A stretch of 56,887 nt of DNA, taken from a virus. Lineage: Duplodnaviria > Caudoviricetes. This document shows, piece by piece, positions 9,290-18,999 of the stretch. The translations under genes were made by a program, and so were the position numbers. Below the pieces are notes generated by a model, which saw only the letters and a program-made list of their open reading frames with translations, made no database searches and was not told where the DNA came from. The stretch is taken from the IMG/VR virus record IMGVR_UViG_3300011189_000401, positions 1-56,887 of that record. One strand, written 5' to 3'. The number at the start of each line of letters is the position of its first letter. Position 1 is the first letter of the stretch.

Positions 9290-9654
9290 TACTGCTCCTT
9301 TGCTCGTCTCAGCTTGGCCACATTCGTGTCCATGAAGGTCTGAGAATCCCCATTCCCTTTGTTGATGACCACTTTGATATAGCGGTCGTGGGGATAAATC
9401 TGCTGTGCCCGCACGAAGCGCTGAATCATCTTCAGGTTCGCGAGCTTGCGCCCCAGAAAGAGCCCGATGTTCTTCGGGCTCTCGAAGTCCACCTGAACCA
9501 GAAGCCGTTTCTGGTTCTCATCTCCGGTGATCTCGAAGGGCACGTTTGGAATAATCATTCGCACGATGTGAGTCAGGGCCTCCAGCATCTCTTTGTAAGT
9601 GCCAAGGCCGAAACCTTCATCCCGTTCTACTTTGTCCACTGGTTCTGTCGACAT
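9289..9654 (-). CDS. KhpA-like (type II KH domain) RNA-binding protein
   Basis: EMLEALTHIVRMII...NIGLFLGRKLANLKMIQRFV matches the KhpA/UPF0109 pattern; the GxxG loop reads GRKL. Confidence 0.6.
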   Translation of the reverse strand: MSTEPVDKVERDEGFGLGTYKEMLEALTHIVRMIIPNVPFEITGDENQKRLLVQVDFESPKNIGLFLGRKLANLKMIQRFVRAQQIYPHDRYIKVVINKGNGDSQTFMDTNVAKLRRAKEQ

Positions 9655-9700
9655 ACCTAATCCTCAAGTGGTACTGCAAAAAGCGTTGCATCAATATCTC

Positions 9701-10780
9701 CTAATCACGATTGACTTCCTCAAAAATCTCGACTGCTCTCTTCTGGACCTTGCTGCCAACCTTCGCTCCGACCATCTGGGCTCGGATGAGGTCAACGTCC
9801 TTCTGTCCGTTCTCTTCAATGACATCGACCCGTACTTCCTTATCAGAACTGGATTCACGGGACAGTGGAGCAGTCAAACGATAGAAATGTTCCTTGTAGC
9901 CCTCAACCTCGATACGCTGGTCAGCCGTGGCTTCGCCCGTCACTTTCATGACGGTCTGGCTCATGGCTTCGTCAGTCCAATCGGTGCTGAGAAAGTCGTC
10001 TACGTCCATTTTCCTAATGTTGTACTGAACCGGGTTGTCAAGCGTGTTAAGCTCGTACCCGTCTTCAGTAATCACTAGCTCAGTTGCACTACGTTTGTAA
10101 TGCTCACCGAACTTCAGGTCGAAGGGCGCACCAACGTAATGCGCGTCCTCGTGAACTTCTTGTGCCCGGTGGAAGTCCCCTCCCAGACACAGGTCGAAGT
10201 TGGACGTTATTTCTTGACCTAGGTTAACTCCGCTGGGCGACGGCATGCCGTTGTCCAGCATCGCGTTCTTGGTCGGAAAGTGAAACAGCATGACGTTGTA
10301 CTGAGAGCTATCAGCAATTCGCTCATTGGTCTCAGCAATCTGCCGTTCCAACTCATCGTAGTCTGAGATGTACGGGAAGCAGTGGAAGTCCACGCCTCCA
10401 TGTCTTACCATCCGCTGATTCAGGACAACGTTGACGTTGTCCCCGTGTACCAGTTTGTCCGCTGCGCCAAGCACAGTGAACACGTTCCCTTTGTCGAGAA
10501 CGCAGTGGTTCCCCTCGATGAGCAAGGAGAATTTATCAGTCGCGGCGATACATTTGATCAAGTCGTTACTGTACGTCTGTACAATGGGGTCAAGTGTTGC
10601 TGCGTCGGTCCAATCACCGAGAAACAGCAACCCGTCGTAATCTTCTGTCCTCACCTTCTTGCACAGCCATTGAACAAAGTTGGACTGCGCGACAAGGAGG
10701 TGTGAGACTCCCTGTTTGTTGAGGTAGAACTTCGGGTTGCTGTTCGTCAGGTGAAGGTCGCTAAACACGAGATACTTCAT
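9701..10780 (-). CDS. SbcD/Mre11-like (gp47-like) metallophosphoesterase nuclease
   Basis: SDLH, LGD, GNH, GDFH, YVGAP motifs; partner SbcC-like gene nearby. Confidence 0.9.
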   Translation of the reverse strand: MKYLVFSDLHLTNSNPKFYLNKQGVSHLLVAQSNFVQWLCKKVRTEDYDGLLFLGDWTDAATLDPIVQTYSNDLIKCIAATDKFSLLIEGNHCVLDKGNVFTVLGAADKLVHGDNVNVVLNQRMVRHGGVDFHCFPYISDYDELERQIAETNERIADSSQYNVMLFHFPTKNAMLDNGMPSPSGVNLGQEITSNFDLCLGGDFHRAQEVHEDAHYVGAPFDLKFGEHYKRSATELVITEDGYELNTLDNPVQYNIRKMDVDDFLSTDWTDEAMSQTVMKVTGEATADQRIEVEGYKEHFYRLTAPLSRESSSDKEVRVDVIEENGQKDVDLIRAQMVGAKVGSKVQKRAVEIFEEVNRD

Positions 10781-10782
10781 TA

Positions 10783-11982
10783 TCAGTCAAACTCCTGGAT
10801 GACTTGTGGGCCTCGTTTCATACACTCCTTTTCGAGAAGCACACGGAACTTCACATCGTTGTGAATGAGCTTGCGTAGCTTCTTCTTCGTGTACTTGCCG
10901 TTCCATTCAGCCAGTTCGTGATCTTCATCCATGTCCAAGTTGTACGTCGAAGCGTACAACCCGGCGACGCCACTCATGTGAGCCGCATCAACCAATGAAC
11001 CGATGTAGTCCAGACCAAGGTTCTCATAGAACCGAATCTCTACTTCACCACTCAAGGCCATCTCCTGTCGGAGTTTCTTGAATCGAATCACGAAAGGCCA
11101 GCCCTTCCGATACTTGACATTGTTGCTCGACCTTTCAGACTGAAAGCTACGGTCGTAACCGCGCTTCAACTCCAGTCTGACAGACGGATAGTATTTCAGC
11201 GCTGAGTCGTGGGCCGGATTGTACTTCTTGTTGCCGTACCCGATGTTGTCCCTGTAGTGATTCGTATACAGGAATAGTACACCAAGTCGTGCGAACTCCA
11301 GTAGGTGGAGTTGGAAGAAGTTGTGTATCTCCGATGCCTTGCCGCCCACTTGCTTGCCGTCCTCGAAGTCGGTGCTCTTGCCTTTGACCTCGCCTTCGAG
11401 CCGTTGCCGGTCTCCGTGCGAGAGCAATGCACCCATCGAGTCAACAGCGATTGCAATTGGTGGCAGTTCTTCGTGAGGGTTATCCCCTGATTTCTCAATC
11501 TTCTCAGCGGCCTCTTTGTAAGGCTTGAGGATTGATTTCACCGTATCGTTAAGCTCTTTCATCGAAAGGATCGGTTTAACTCCGTACGGCAGATCATCGA
11601 CGGTCTCTTTGATGTTACGCTTTCGCAAGAAGCTAGTCGCATAGTCTTCATCAAAGTCCATCTCATAAGTGAGGAAGTAGCTATGACCGCCTCGCTTGAT
11701 GTTCTCTGCCAAAACTTCATAGCAGGTCCGCGTCTTGAGTGCGGACTGTGCGCCATAGATGTCACTGACCCGTCCGTATGGGAAACCCCATTCGGAGTTG
11801 TCGGGTGCGTGCATCATGTGCAAGTCCCAAGACGGATATCCGGTTGAGCAATAACCGGGAATTCCGTAGGTGTCCTGCATTTTGTGGAGTTGCATCATGG
11901 GATGACCCCCGGCACCGGAAACAGACTTGACTACCTCGTCGAATAGTCCTTCCATCAGGTCTTTCGACTTCTTCTTAGCCAT
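10783..11982 (-). CDS. RecA/UvsX-like recombinase
   Basis: STG, GFPYGRVSDIYGAQSALKT, AVDSMGAL, TNHYR, ALKYYPSVRLEL. Confidence 0.88.
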   Translation of the reverse strand: MAKKKSKDLMEGLFDEVVKSVSGAGGHPMMQLHKMQDTYGIPGYCSTGYPSWDLHMMHAPDNSEWGFPYGRVSDIYGAQSALKTRTCYEVLAENIKRGGHSYFLTYEMDFDEDYATSFLRKRNIKETVDDLPYGVKPILSMKELNDTVKSILKPYKEAAEKIEKSGDNPHEELPPIAIAVDSMGALLSHGDRQRLEGEVKGKSTDFEDGKQVGGKASEIHNFFQLHLLEFARLGVLFLYTNHYRDNIGYGNKKYNPAHDSALKYYPSVRLELKRGYDRSFQSERSSNNVKYRKGWPFVIRFKKLRQEMALSGEVEIRFYENLGLDYIGSLVDAAHMSGVAGLYASTYNLDMDEDHELAEWNGKYTKKKLRKLIHNDVKFRVLLEKECMKRGPQVIQEFD

Positions 11983-12028
11983 TTTGTCTCCTGTACTTCT
12001 TAACCGGGGTTAACCGGGGGTCACCTGC

Positions 12029-13156
12029 TCAGTCTGCGAGTTCTTCCTTGATGTCTTCAGCCTCTGCCATGTCATCGGTGCCGAGGACGTCCTCGTCATC
12101 GAAGTCTTCGTCGAAGCTGTCCGGGTCCAGTTCGCCCTCGTCCTCGTCGGCGTCTCCACCGTTGTCGAACTCGGGATCGAAGCTGTGATCCATCTCTTCC
12201 AGATACGCCTTCATCGTCTCCTTGTCGAACTTCTCCAAGGCGATGGCGCGGTCTTCGAGGCTGTCCGACTCCGGCTCGACGTTCTCCATGTCGACACCCA
12301 CTTCGAGTGCCATTTCCAGAAGGGCGTCTGCGTCCGGCTTCCACGACTTCGTCTTGCTCGACGTGGTGAATCGGACGGCGTACTCCTTCTTCTTGATCTC
12401 GCGACCACCGCGACCCGTGAAGGTTCCACCCTCGTTCGAGCGGACGATCTGAAGGAGGTACTTGTCGGGGTTCATCAGCGGATCTTCGTCCTCTTCCACA
12501 GCCTTGATCTCGCACTGCTCGCGGACTTCACCACCGACGCTCTTGTTCGTGCTGACGATGCCGGGGCTCGCGAGAGCCGCTGCCGCCATGTCGTCATCCA
12601 TGTCATCCGGGACCAAGTCTTTGGCCTCCTTCAGACCCTCGGGAGTCGACTTGTCCACGCCAACGATGGCGAGGAAGTCGTCGAGGTGCGCTTTGATCAG
12701 CTTCGCGTCAGACGTGGCGAAGCGCTTGGTCGAGTCGAGCTTGAAGAACGGCGTGAAGTCGATCGCCTGAAACTTGGCGCGATGGTTCTCCATGTCGTTC
12801 TTGAAGGTCTCCTTGTAGATGCCCGGAGCGCAGTCCGTAGCCTTCCAGTGATCCCATGCCGTCTGACAACGGAAGCAGTTGCTGAAGCTCTTGTCGAGCT
12901 TGTAGCCGCCGTCTTCATCGTTGTCCGGGACCGGGTCCGTCCGGCCACATCGGTGATAGGGACCGAAGTGCTCCAGCATGTCCACAACCGGTTCCAGCGT
13001 CTCGCCGATTCCGGGGAACACCCAATAGACGTTGAGTCCGTCGCCAATCTTGAGGCGGTGGTCTTCACCGCCACCCATCGCTTCCGCCTGCTTCTGGCGC
13101 TTCTCAGCGATTTTCTCAGCGAGTTCGTCGTTACGTGTGTTAAACCCTTTAGCCAT
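12029..13156 (-). CDS. single-stranded DNA-binding protein (gp32-like)
   Basis: Position between UvsY-like and UvsX-like genes; His/Cys cluster; very acidic C-terminal tail. Confidence 0.65.
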   Translation of the reverse strand: MAKGFNTRNDELAEKIAEKRQKQAEAMGGGEDHRLKIGDGLNVYWVFPGIGETLEPVVDMLEHFGPYHRCGRTDPVPDNDEDGGYKLDKSFSNCFRCQTAWDHWKATDCAPGIYKETFKNDMENHRAKFQAIDFTPFFKLDSTKRFATSDAKLIKAHLDDFLAIVGVDKSTPEGLKEAKDLVPDDMDDDMAAAALASPGIVSTNKSVGGEVREQCEIKAVEEDEDPLMNPDKYLLQIVRSNEGGTFTGRGGREIKKKEYAVRFTTSSKTKSWKPDADALLEMALEVGVDMENVEPESDSLEDRAIALEKFDKETMKAYLEEMDHSFDPEFDNGGDADEDEGELDPDSFDEDFDDEDVLGTDDMAEAEDIKEELAD

Positions 13157-13192
13157 TGCTTCTTCTCCTAGTTGTTCGTTGGATACCTAAAA

Positions 13193-13221
13193 GGTATACC
13201 AAATAGAACTTTGATTTTCAA
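13193..13221 (-). promoter_or_regulatory. possible sigma70-type promoter upstream of SSB
   Basis: Minus strand TTGAAA-17 nt-TATACC with TG extension in an AT-rich gap; the -10 is imperfect. Confidence 0.4.
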
Positions 13222-13263
13222 AAAACGATTAGAACAAAAGGTGTTTCTCAGCAATACGGGGCG

Positions 13264-13833
13264 CTAGTCTTCCAGCAACCCGGTTGCAATCTCGGCCAAC
13301 TTGCCGTCGACCTCTTCGGGGTCCACCGTTTCGATCTCGGTGGTACCGACGACGAGCATCCCGACCTCGATGGCCGACTCGACGGTCTTCTTGGCCGTCC
13401 ACAGGATGTTCTTGAAGGTCTCGATCTCTGCGATCTTCTCCTTGAACTCATCGTACTCGGGCTGCGAACGCATGTAGGCGTCGATGGCAGCGTTGGTCGT
13501 CTTGCCTCCCTCTTTGACCAGCGGGTTGCGGTCGTCTTTGAGGTTGAGGATTCGACCCTGTTCGGCACGCCAGATACGGAAGGCATCCTCGGTGCGCGAG
13601 CAGTATTCCTCAGCGCTGTACGCGAGGTTACAGATGCCTTGCTTGACCTTCAGTAAGAAGGTGAAGACTTCCGTGGGGTGTTCTTCCACAACCCGAAGGG
13701 TGTCGAGAACTTGACCCAGGTTAATAACGCTCGCTTCTCCGTCTTCGTCGATGACGATCTCAAGGTTTTCCTTGACCGCCTCGGGCATGATGTCTTCCAT
13801 GATCTCTCGTGCTTTCAGTGTGTGTCGACTCAT
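13264..13833 (-). CDS. UvsY-like recombination mediator
   Basis: Helical protein with KTTNAAIDAYMRSQPEY motif; adjacent to SSB and recombinase genes. Confidence 0.55.
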   Translation of the reverse strand: MSRHTLKAREIMEDIMPEAVKENLEIVIDEDGEASVINLGQVLDTLRVVEEHPTEVFTFLLKVKQGICNLAYSAEEYCSRTEDAFRIWRAEQGRILNLKDDRNPLVKEGGKTTNAAIDAYMRSQPEYDEFKEKIAEIETFKNILWTAKKTVESAIEVGMLVVGTTEIETVDPEEVDGKLAEIATGLLED

Positions 13834-16800
13834 TGATATTCCTCCAAATCCATTTCATCCCAGATGACGCGACAGTAGCTTCGCGGACTGTTGAGAACGA
13901 CTTGAACTCGTCCGTTCCATTCGTCCTTCTTGCCAGTCAGTTCGACTAGCTGTCCCTTCCACGGGCGGTGAATGACCCCGTTTTCGTCCGGGCGGTCTAA
14001 GTCCCGGCTCTCGAAGAAACCTGGCCACATCATCACAGTGTGTTCTTCACCTTCATCAACCAATGTCATTCTCGCATACCATCCTCCATTCTTGGTCTTC
14101 TCAACCCTCATGTCCTCGACGTACCCGCCGACAAACATCGCTTGGTCCTTCTTGACCCGCGACAGTCTGCTCTCGGGATACGACTGAACCTTGGGATGGA
14201 ATGGCGCAACCTCTTTCCAAGGCTTCACAATCATGCCGTACGCATCGTTCCGTTCTTGATACCACCGGAATTTGTTGCGATGCGACAGGTCGTAAGGAAT
14301 GCCACCATCCTTACGGCCATTGTCTTTGCGAATCTTGAAGTAGATTTCAGCCACTTCCCAAGGCGGGGCAATAGGGTCGAAAAACCCTGCTTTGATAAGC
14401 TTACCCATGACACCTTTGTGAACCTTCCGAAGATCGCACTCTTCCATCATCTCTTCAATGGAGGTGAATCCCCGGCGTCCGTCCTTGCATAGCTCGCCAA
14501 TGACGGACTGACCGATTCCGTTGATCGCTCGCAAAGGCCAGTAAATCTGGTCTTCGCCCTCGGCTGGTTCAAAGTCTGGCGCATACCCGTATATAGTCGG
14601 GTACACGATCTCGATGCCGTACTGTTTGACCAAATGCTTCAGGTCTTGAGGACTACCTGCGTCCTTTGAGCTATCGCTGTACTTGAGCACAGCGGGCCAG
14701 AACTCGACGTTGTGTCGAGCCTTGATATACGCCTGATAATAGCTCAGCAGCGTGTAGGCCACGGCGTGGCTCTTGTTGAATGAGTATTCGGCGAACGCCA
14801 CGATTTTCACCCACAGGGTCTCCATGAGTTCCTGTTCGTAACCGTTCTCCTTGCCGCCCTCGATGAAGACCTCTTTCCACTTCCTCATCGCCTTGAGCTT
14901 CTTCTTGCCGCAGGCTTTTCTGAGGTAGTCCGCTTGCGAACCGGAGAATCCGGCTATCTCGCGAGCGATCTCCATCATCTGTTCCTGATAGACTAGGAGT
15001 CCGTGTGTCTCACCGAGAACCTTCTTGAGATCCGGGTGATCGTACTCGGGCTCCTTGCTGCCATGCTTGATACGGGCGAAATCCGTGTGAGCATCCGCAG
15101 CAATCGGGCCGGGTCTAACCAGCGCGACCGCTGCAACAAGCTCGTCAAACCTGTCAGGCATCAGGTCTTGGAAGTAGTTTCGCTGAGACCAAGTGTTGAA
15201 CTGGAAGATACCCTGAGTTTTAACCTGGGTAAAAAGCTCCAGTGCCTTCGGGTCGTCCAGCGGGACATCCTCGATTGGAGGAATGTCCACTCCCTTTCGC
15301 TTCTTGATCAGTTGACCGGCGAACTCAGAAACGCTCACGCCTTCAACAGTCAGGAAGTCAAACTTCGGGTGACCAGCGGCCTCACAGTCCTGATATTTCC
15401 ACTGTGAAACCATTGCTCCACTCTTGTGTTCGTAGAGCGGAACGCACTCGTTGAGCGGGAACCTTGTGATAAGCGAGCCACAGGCGTGAACCTGTGTGAA
15501 GGTCACCATCTCTTGAAGAGGCATGATGACGTCCTCGATCCAGTCGCTGTGCATCGCGACGAAATCTTGGAACTCAGCACTGCCTTCGAGCCGTTCTTCT
15601 AGCTCAGCCCGCCCTCGGGCCGTAGCCTTGGCGTGAGTGTTCGAGAGCAGCGCTGTCAGCCTGCCAAAGCTGTACTGAACATGCTTCCCGTTGTTGTCGG
15701 GAATGGCATAACCATTGCTCGCAGCGACCTTCTTAATCGCTGATACAATCTTGAGTCGGCCATAAGCACCGATGTCACAGACGTATTCTTCTCCCCACTT
15801 GTCCTTGATGTGGTGTTTGATTTCATCACGGGCCTCGGCGCTAAAGTCGAGGTCGATGTCAGGCAGGTCGTTTCTATCAGGGTTGAGGAACCGCTCAAAA
15901 ATGAGGCCGTGCCTCAGCGGGTCAACCTTCGTGATGTCTAGTAGATAGGAAACGAGACTGCCAGCCGCACTACCACGCGCAAATCCACGGCCAAGCCCTT
16001 GTTCATCAATGTACGCACACAGGTAACGAATGATCTGGAAGTAATCGAGGTATCCCAGCTGCTCGATGATCTCGAACTCATACTTCAGACGGTCGAGGTA
16101 GACATCGAGGGTGTGCAGGTTATGCTCGAATATCTCCCTCGGTTCCGCTACCGCTGTGAGATACGGTACAGTCTTCTCGTACTCGACTTCACCCTTACTG
16201 GCGTGCTCGAATGCGTAGATATGACTGAATGCGTCCCTGTATGCTTCCAGTTCGTCAAGCGACTGTAGGTACTCGCCTTCGAAAGCGATGTCGGGACACA
16301 GCTTCTTGAGGACGCCTTCACCGATGTATTTCAACAGGTCGCCTTTGACGCTCCCTGTCTCGGTCTCCATCTCGGGCATGTAATACGTCCCGGTCTGAAT
16401 CCTCGCCTGACACTTCTCGGCGATCTCATCCAGATGGCTCATGCACTCGGCATCCAGTTCCTCGTCATAGACGATTTCGTCTCGTGACGGGAGGTAACCG
16501 TTTACCACGGTTCGGGGCAGGTTCTTCGTCATCCTGCCATCACCATCCATCCTGCGAACAATGTCGTAGAGATGAGACTGTCGCGCCTCGGGATAGTGAG
16601 CGTTGAAGGTGTAGACCTTCTTCATATCGAGGCCGCTCACTGCGGCGTTTCGCAGTTTGACCTCCTTGACTTCATCTTCAGCTGCGGGATTCATGCCCAA
16701 GTAGAAGTCATCTCCAAAGATGTTGAAGATATCGTACAGACGTTTCGGCACGTCCAGCTTCGTCGAGTTCGGTTCTACGTCACGTCCCCAACCGTCTTCA

Positions 16801-17213
16801 GTTGGCACGACGCACAGCAGACCTTCGCTGTGTTCCTCGATGACTTCGAGGTCAACCCTTGGCCGGTAGTAGAACCCCCGGCTCTTGTCATTGCTGAAGT
16901 TGTTGAGAGCGATGAGGTTCTTCAGCCCTTCATCATTCTTGGCGTACAGTAGAACGACGCCCCGAATGTTCTCCTTCATCGACTTATTCCGGGTCTCCAC
17001 GTTAGGCGAGACCAGGAACTCCGTTCCTAGAACGGGGTGGATGTCGTTCTTGTCACATTCCTTCTGGAACTCTAGGAGCCCCGCGAGGGTCTGCTTGTCG
17101 GTCAACGCCAGCGTCTCGTACCCGAGTTCCGCTGCACGGTTGACCCACCTCTTCGGCTCCATTGTCCCACTCTTTAGAGAGTAGGTCGAATAGTTCTGCA
17201 AACTCCATATCAT
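13830..17213 (-). CDS. dnaE: DNA polymerase III alpha subunit (family C)
   Basis: RGSAAGSLVSYLLDIT, FERFLNPDR, PDIDLDF, KFDFL, VYQEQ, YSFNKSHAVAY, C-terminal OB fold. Confidence 0.96.
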   Translation of the reverse strand: MIWSLQNYSTYSLKSGTMEPKRWVNRAAELGYETLALTDKQTLAGLLEFQKECDKNDIHPVLGTEFLVSPNVETRNKSMKENIRGVVLLYAKNDEGLKNLIALNNFSNDKSRGFYYRPRVDLEVIEEHSEGLLCVVPTEDGWGRDVEPNSTKLDVPKRLYDIFNIFGDDFYLGMNPAAEDEVKEVKLRNAAVSGLDMKKVYTFNAHYPEARQSHLYDIVRRMDGDGRMTKNLPRTVVNGYLPSRDEIVYDEELDAECMSHLDEIAEKCQARIQTGTYYMPEMETETGSVKGDLLKYIGEGVLKKLCPDIAFEGEYLQSLDELEAYRDAFSHIYAFEHASKGEVEYEKTVPYLTAVAEPREIFEHNLHTLDVYLDRLKYEFEIIEQLGYLDYFQIIRYLCAYIDEQGLGRGFARGSAAGSLVSYLLDITKVDPLRHGLIFERFLNPDRNDLPDIDLDFSAEARDEIKHHIKDKWGEEYVCDIGAYGRLKIVSAIKKVAASNGYAIPDNNGKHVQYSFGRLTALLSNTHAKATARGRAELEERLEGSAEFQDFVAMHSDWIEDVIMPLQEMVTFTQVHACGSLITRFPLNECVPLYEHKSGAMVSQWKYQDCEAAGHPKFDFLTVEGVSVSEFAGQLIKKRKGVDIPPIEDVPLDDPKALELFTQVKTQGIFQFNTWSQRNYFQDLMPDRFDELVAAVALVRPGPIAADAHTDFARIKHGSKEPEYDHPDLKKVLGETHGLLVYQEQMMEIAREIAGFSGSQADYLRKACGKKKLKAMRKWKEVFIEGGKENGYEQELMETLWVKIVAFAEYSFNKSHAVAYTLLSYYQAYIKARHNVEFWPAVLKYSDSSKDAGSPQDLKHLVKQYGIEIVYPTIYGYAPDFEPAEGEDQIYWPLRAINGIGQSVIGELCKDGRRGFTSIEEMMEECDLRKVHKGVMGKLIKAGFFDPIAPPWEVAEIYFKIRKDNGRKDGGIPYDLSHRNKFRWYQERNDAYGMIVKPWKEVAPFHPKVQSYPESRLSRVKKDQAMFVGGYVEDMRVEKTKNGGWYARMTLVDEGEEHTVMMWPGFFESRDLDRPDENGVIHRPWKGQLVELTGKKDEWNGRVQVVLNSPRSYCRVIWDEMDLEEYQ

Positions 17214-17410
17214 TCCGTGTCCTTTTTGGCCTCTCGTACAATGCCAACTACGTCTTGCCTGTCGAGGTATGTTGCATACACCCGACAGATTCCGCGAGCC
17301 CTCGAATCACACCGAAGGCACTCGGAGTGGTCGGCCTTATAGAGACCGTCGCTCGGTCGACACTGGAGTTCGTTCGAGTCGGTAGTTGGCTTGCTTTCGT
17401 TCGTACTCAT
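17210..17410 (-). CDS. small Cys-rich protein
   Basis: 66 aa, C...CLRC...C; stop overlaps the dnaE start. Confidence 0.55.
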   Translation of the reverse strand: MSTNESKPTTDSNELQCRPSDGLYKADHSECLRCDSRARGICRVYATYLDRQDVVGIVREAKKDTE

Positions 17411-18308
17411 AGATGGCCTCCAGATGCGCCACCGTTCGGTCGAGGTCGTTGTTGACCACGGTGTAATCCCAGCCCTCCAAGTCGTTGACTTCGGAAGCAG
17501 CCTTGGTCAGACGGCTGTTGATTTCGAGGTCGGTGCGACCGTCCCCAGCCATCCGCTTCTCCAACTCGTTGAGACTTGGCGGCACCAAGTGAACCCCGAC
17601 GACCTGACCCGGATAGGCTTCCCGGATCTGGTTGAGGCCGTTCTTGTCCACAACTGCGACCGCGTCTTTGCGCTGGAGGAAGATGTCGTCAACGGTCTCG
17701 GATGCGAAGCCGTACAGGTTGCCTGCGTACTCCGTGAACTCCAGGAATTCGCCCTCAATCTTCATGTCCTCCATCTCCCCGAGCGACAGGAAGTTGTACT
17801 CTTCTCCCTCAACTTCGCCATCTCGTGGTGGCCGGGAGGTGTTACTCACCGCAACCTCCAGCCCACCGACCTCTTCGGTCAACAGGTTTGCCACCGTGGT
17901 CTTACCGACGCCGCTAGGGCCAACGAGGCAGACGATAACGCCTTCGTCGACCATGCGCTGACGGAAGACCGGGAGGCCGAGGACGCACGTCTTACCGTGG
18001 CTTGTGGCGCGTTGCCACTCACGGTTTGAACCGGGTGAAGCGCCGTGCAGGCTCAGGAGCATGTCACAGCGGTCAAGCCAGTGAAAATCTTGGTCCATCC
18101 AGTCCTCGTAGCCTCGGGGATGAATCTTGTCCCAGAAGTGGAAGAGGTGAGGGATGAACACCTGGAATCCGAGATCCCGTACTGCGTTGCCGACGCCAAT
18201 TGCTGCCTCAGTACAGGTGTCGGGGTCGGAAGTGTAGGGGCCAGCGATGTACACTGAATCCACGTTTCTCAGGATTGCTTCCGCTCTCATAGCTTGTTCG
18301 GTCATCAT
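17337..18308 (-). CDS. fusion: nucleoside-2-deoxyribosyltransferase-like (DUF4406/DUF1937-like) domain plus guanylate kinase
   Basis: N-terminal SVYIAGPY...D..WLDRCD...SPGSNRE; C-terminal GPSGVGKTT, TSRPPRDGEV.GEEYNF, FLEFTEYAGNLYG, VVNNDL. Confidence 0.85.
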   Translation of the reverse strand: MMTEQAMRAEAILRNVDSVYIAGPYTSDPDTCTEAAIGVGNAVRDLGFQVFIPHLFHFWDKIHPRGYEDWMDQDFHWLDRCDMLLSLHGASPGSNREWQRATSHGKTCVLGLPVFRQRMVDEGVIVCLVGPSGVGKTTVANLLTEEVGGLEVAVSNTSRPPRDGEVEGEEYNFLSLGEMEDMKIEGEFLEFTEYAGNLYGFASETVDDIFLQRKDAVAVVDKNGLNQIREAYPGQVVGVHLVPPSLNELEKRMAGDGRTDLEINSRLTKAASEVNDLEGWDYTVVNNDLDRTVAHLEAIYEYERKQANYRLERTPVSTERRSL

Positions 18309-18317
18309 TAACCTCGG

Positions 18318-18671
18318 TTAATTGAGTTCACGTCGAATCTTTTTGGCATCCGGGGTTTCGATGTTGTCCCGGAAGTATTTCGTCACGTCTTCTTCCAACG
18401 AGTCCACAGCGGTGTAGAACCCGGCGGAATCGTCGTCGTCCTCAGCTGCCTCCAGCTTCAGACGGTCGATAACACCGATTCCATCGGGGAAGTCGACATA
18501 GGCTTCGATCACAAGGAGTCGAATCTCCCCTTTGTAGTAGCCCTCGATGATGTCGCCCTCGACCTTGTCGCCACCCTCGTACATAACGAAAGCCATGTGG
18601 GGTAGCGCTGAGTCCAGCTGGACCTTGAGGTCTTCCATGCTCGTCTGCTCTTGTTCGCCTTCGTCTTCCAT
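18318..18671 (-). CDS. hypothetical acidic protein
   Basis: 117-aa ORF with GGAG RBS. Confidence 0.7.
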   Translation of the reverse strand: MEDEGEQEQTSMEDLKVQLDSALPHMAFVMYEGGDKVEGDIIEGYYKGEIRLLVIEAYVDFPDGIGVIDRLKLEAAEDDDDSAGFYTAVDSLEEDVTKYFRDNIETPDAKKIRRELN

Positions 18672-18947
18672 CTAGTCTCCCGTTGCACCAGCCGCCGCCT
18701 CGATAAGAGTGCCGTATAGATCAACAACACTCTGGTGTCTCTGACGAAGAGCCACTGCCGCGTTCATCTTAGTAGTATAGTGAATGATTTCCTGAACAGA
18801 TGAGGCGTTTCCCAACTCTTGTTGAAGAAGCGTCTCATAGTCCTTGATGTCTTCAATTAGCCCCTCGCTGTCCTGCTTGTGAATCTTGAACAGGCTGACG
18901 ACGCGCTCTTGTAGTTCCTTCTCTTTCTTCTCAATGCCCTTATTCAT
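18672..18947 (-). CDS. hypothetical helical protein
   Basis: ORF 18672..18965; likely start at the ATG of MNKGIEK (18947). Confidence 0.65.
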   Translation of the reverse strand: MNKGIEKKEKELQERVVSLFKIHKQDSEGLIEDIKDYETLLQQELGNASSVQEIIHYTTKMNAAVALRQRHQSVVDLYGTLIEAAAGATGD

Positions 18948-18971
18948 GCCTTCTCTTCCCTTCACTCTAAC

Positions 18972-18999
18972 AATTGCATAACTCGCCTAACTTTTCCGC
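18972..18999 (-). promoter_or_regulatory. bipartite motif copy A (putative phage promoter)
   Basis: Minus strand GCGGAAAAGTT-N12-CAATT; same spacing as the copies at 24914 and 50939. Confidence 0.6.

Noticed and set aside
10783-11982. Recombinase Walker A (GAQSALKT) as a sign of inactivity
   Set aside because: T4 UvsX also has a bulky residue before the Lys, so this fits an active UvsX-like enzyme
12185-13171. Long plus-strand ORFs (also 2187-2885, 8544-9335, 46850-47824, 52059-52883, 53489-54307)
   Set aside because: They lie antisense to well-supported genes, show no motifs and are expected from codon bias
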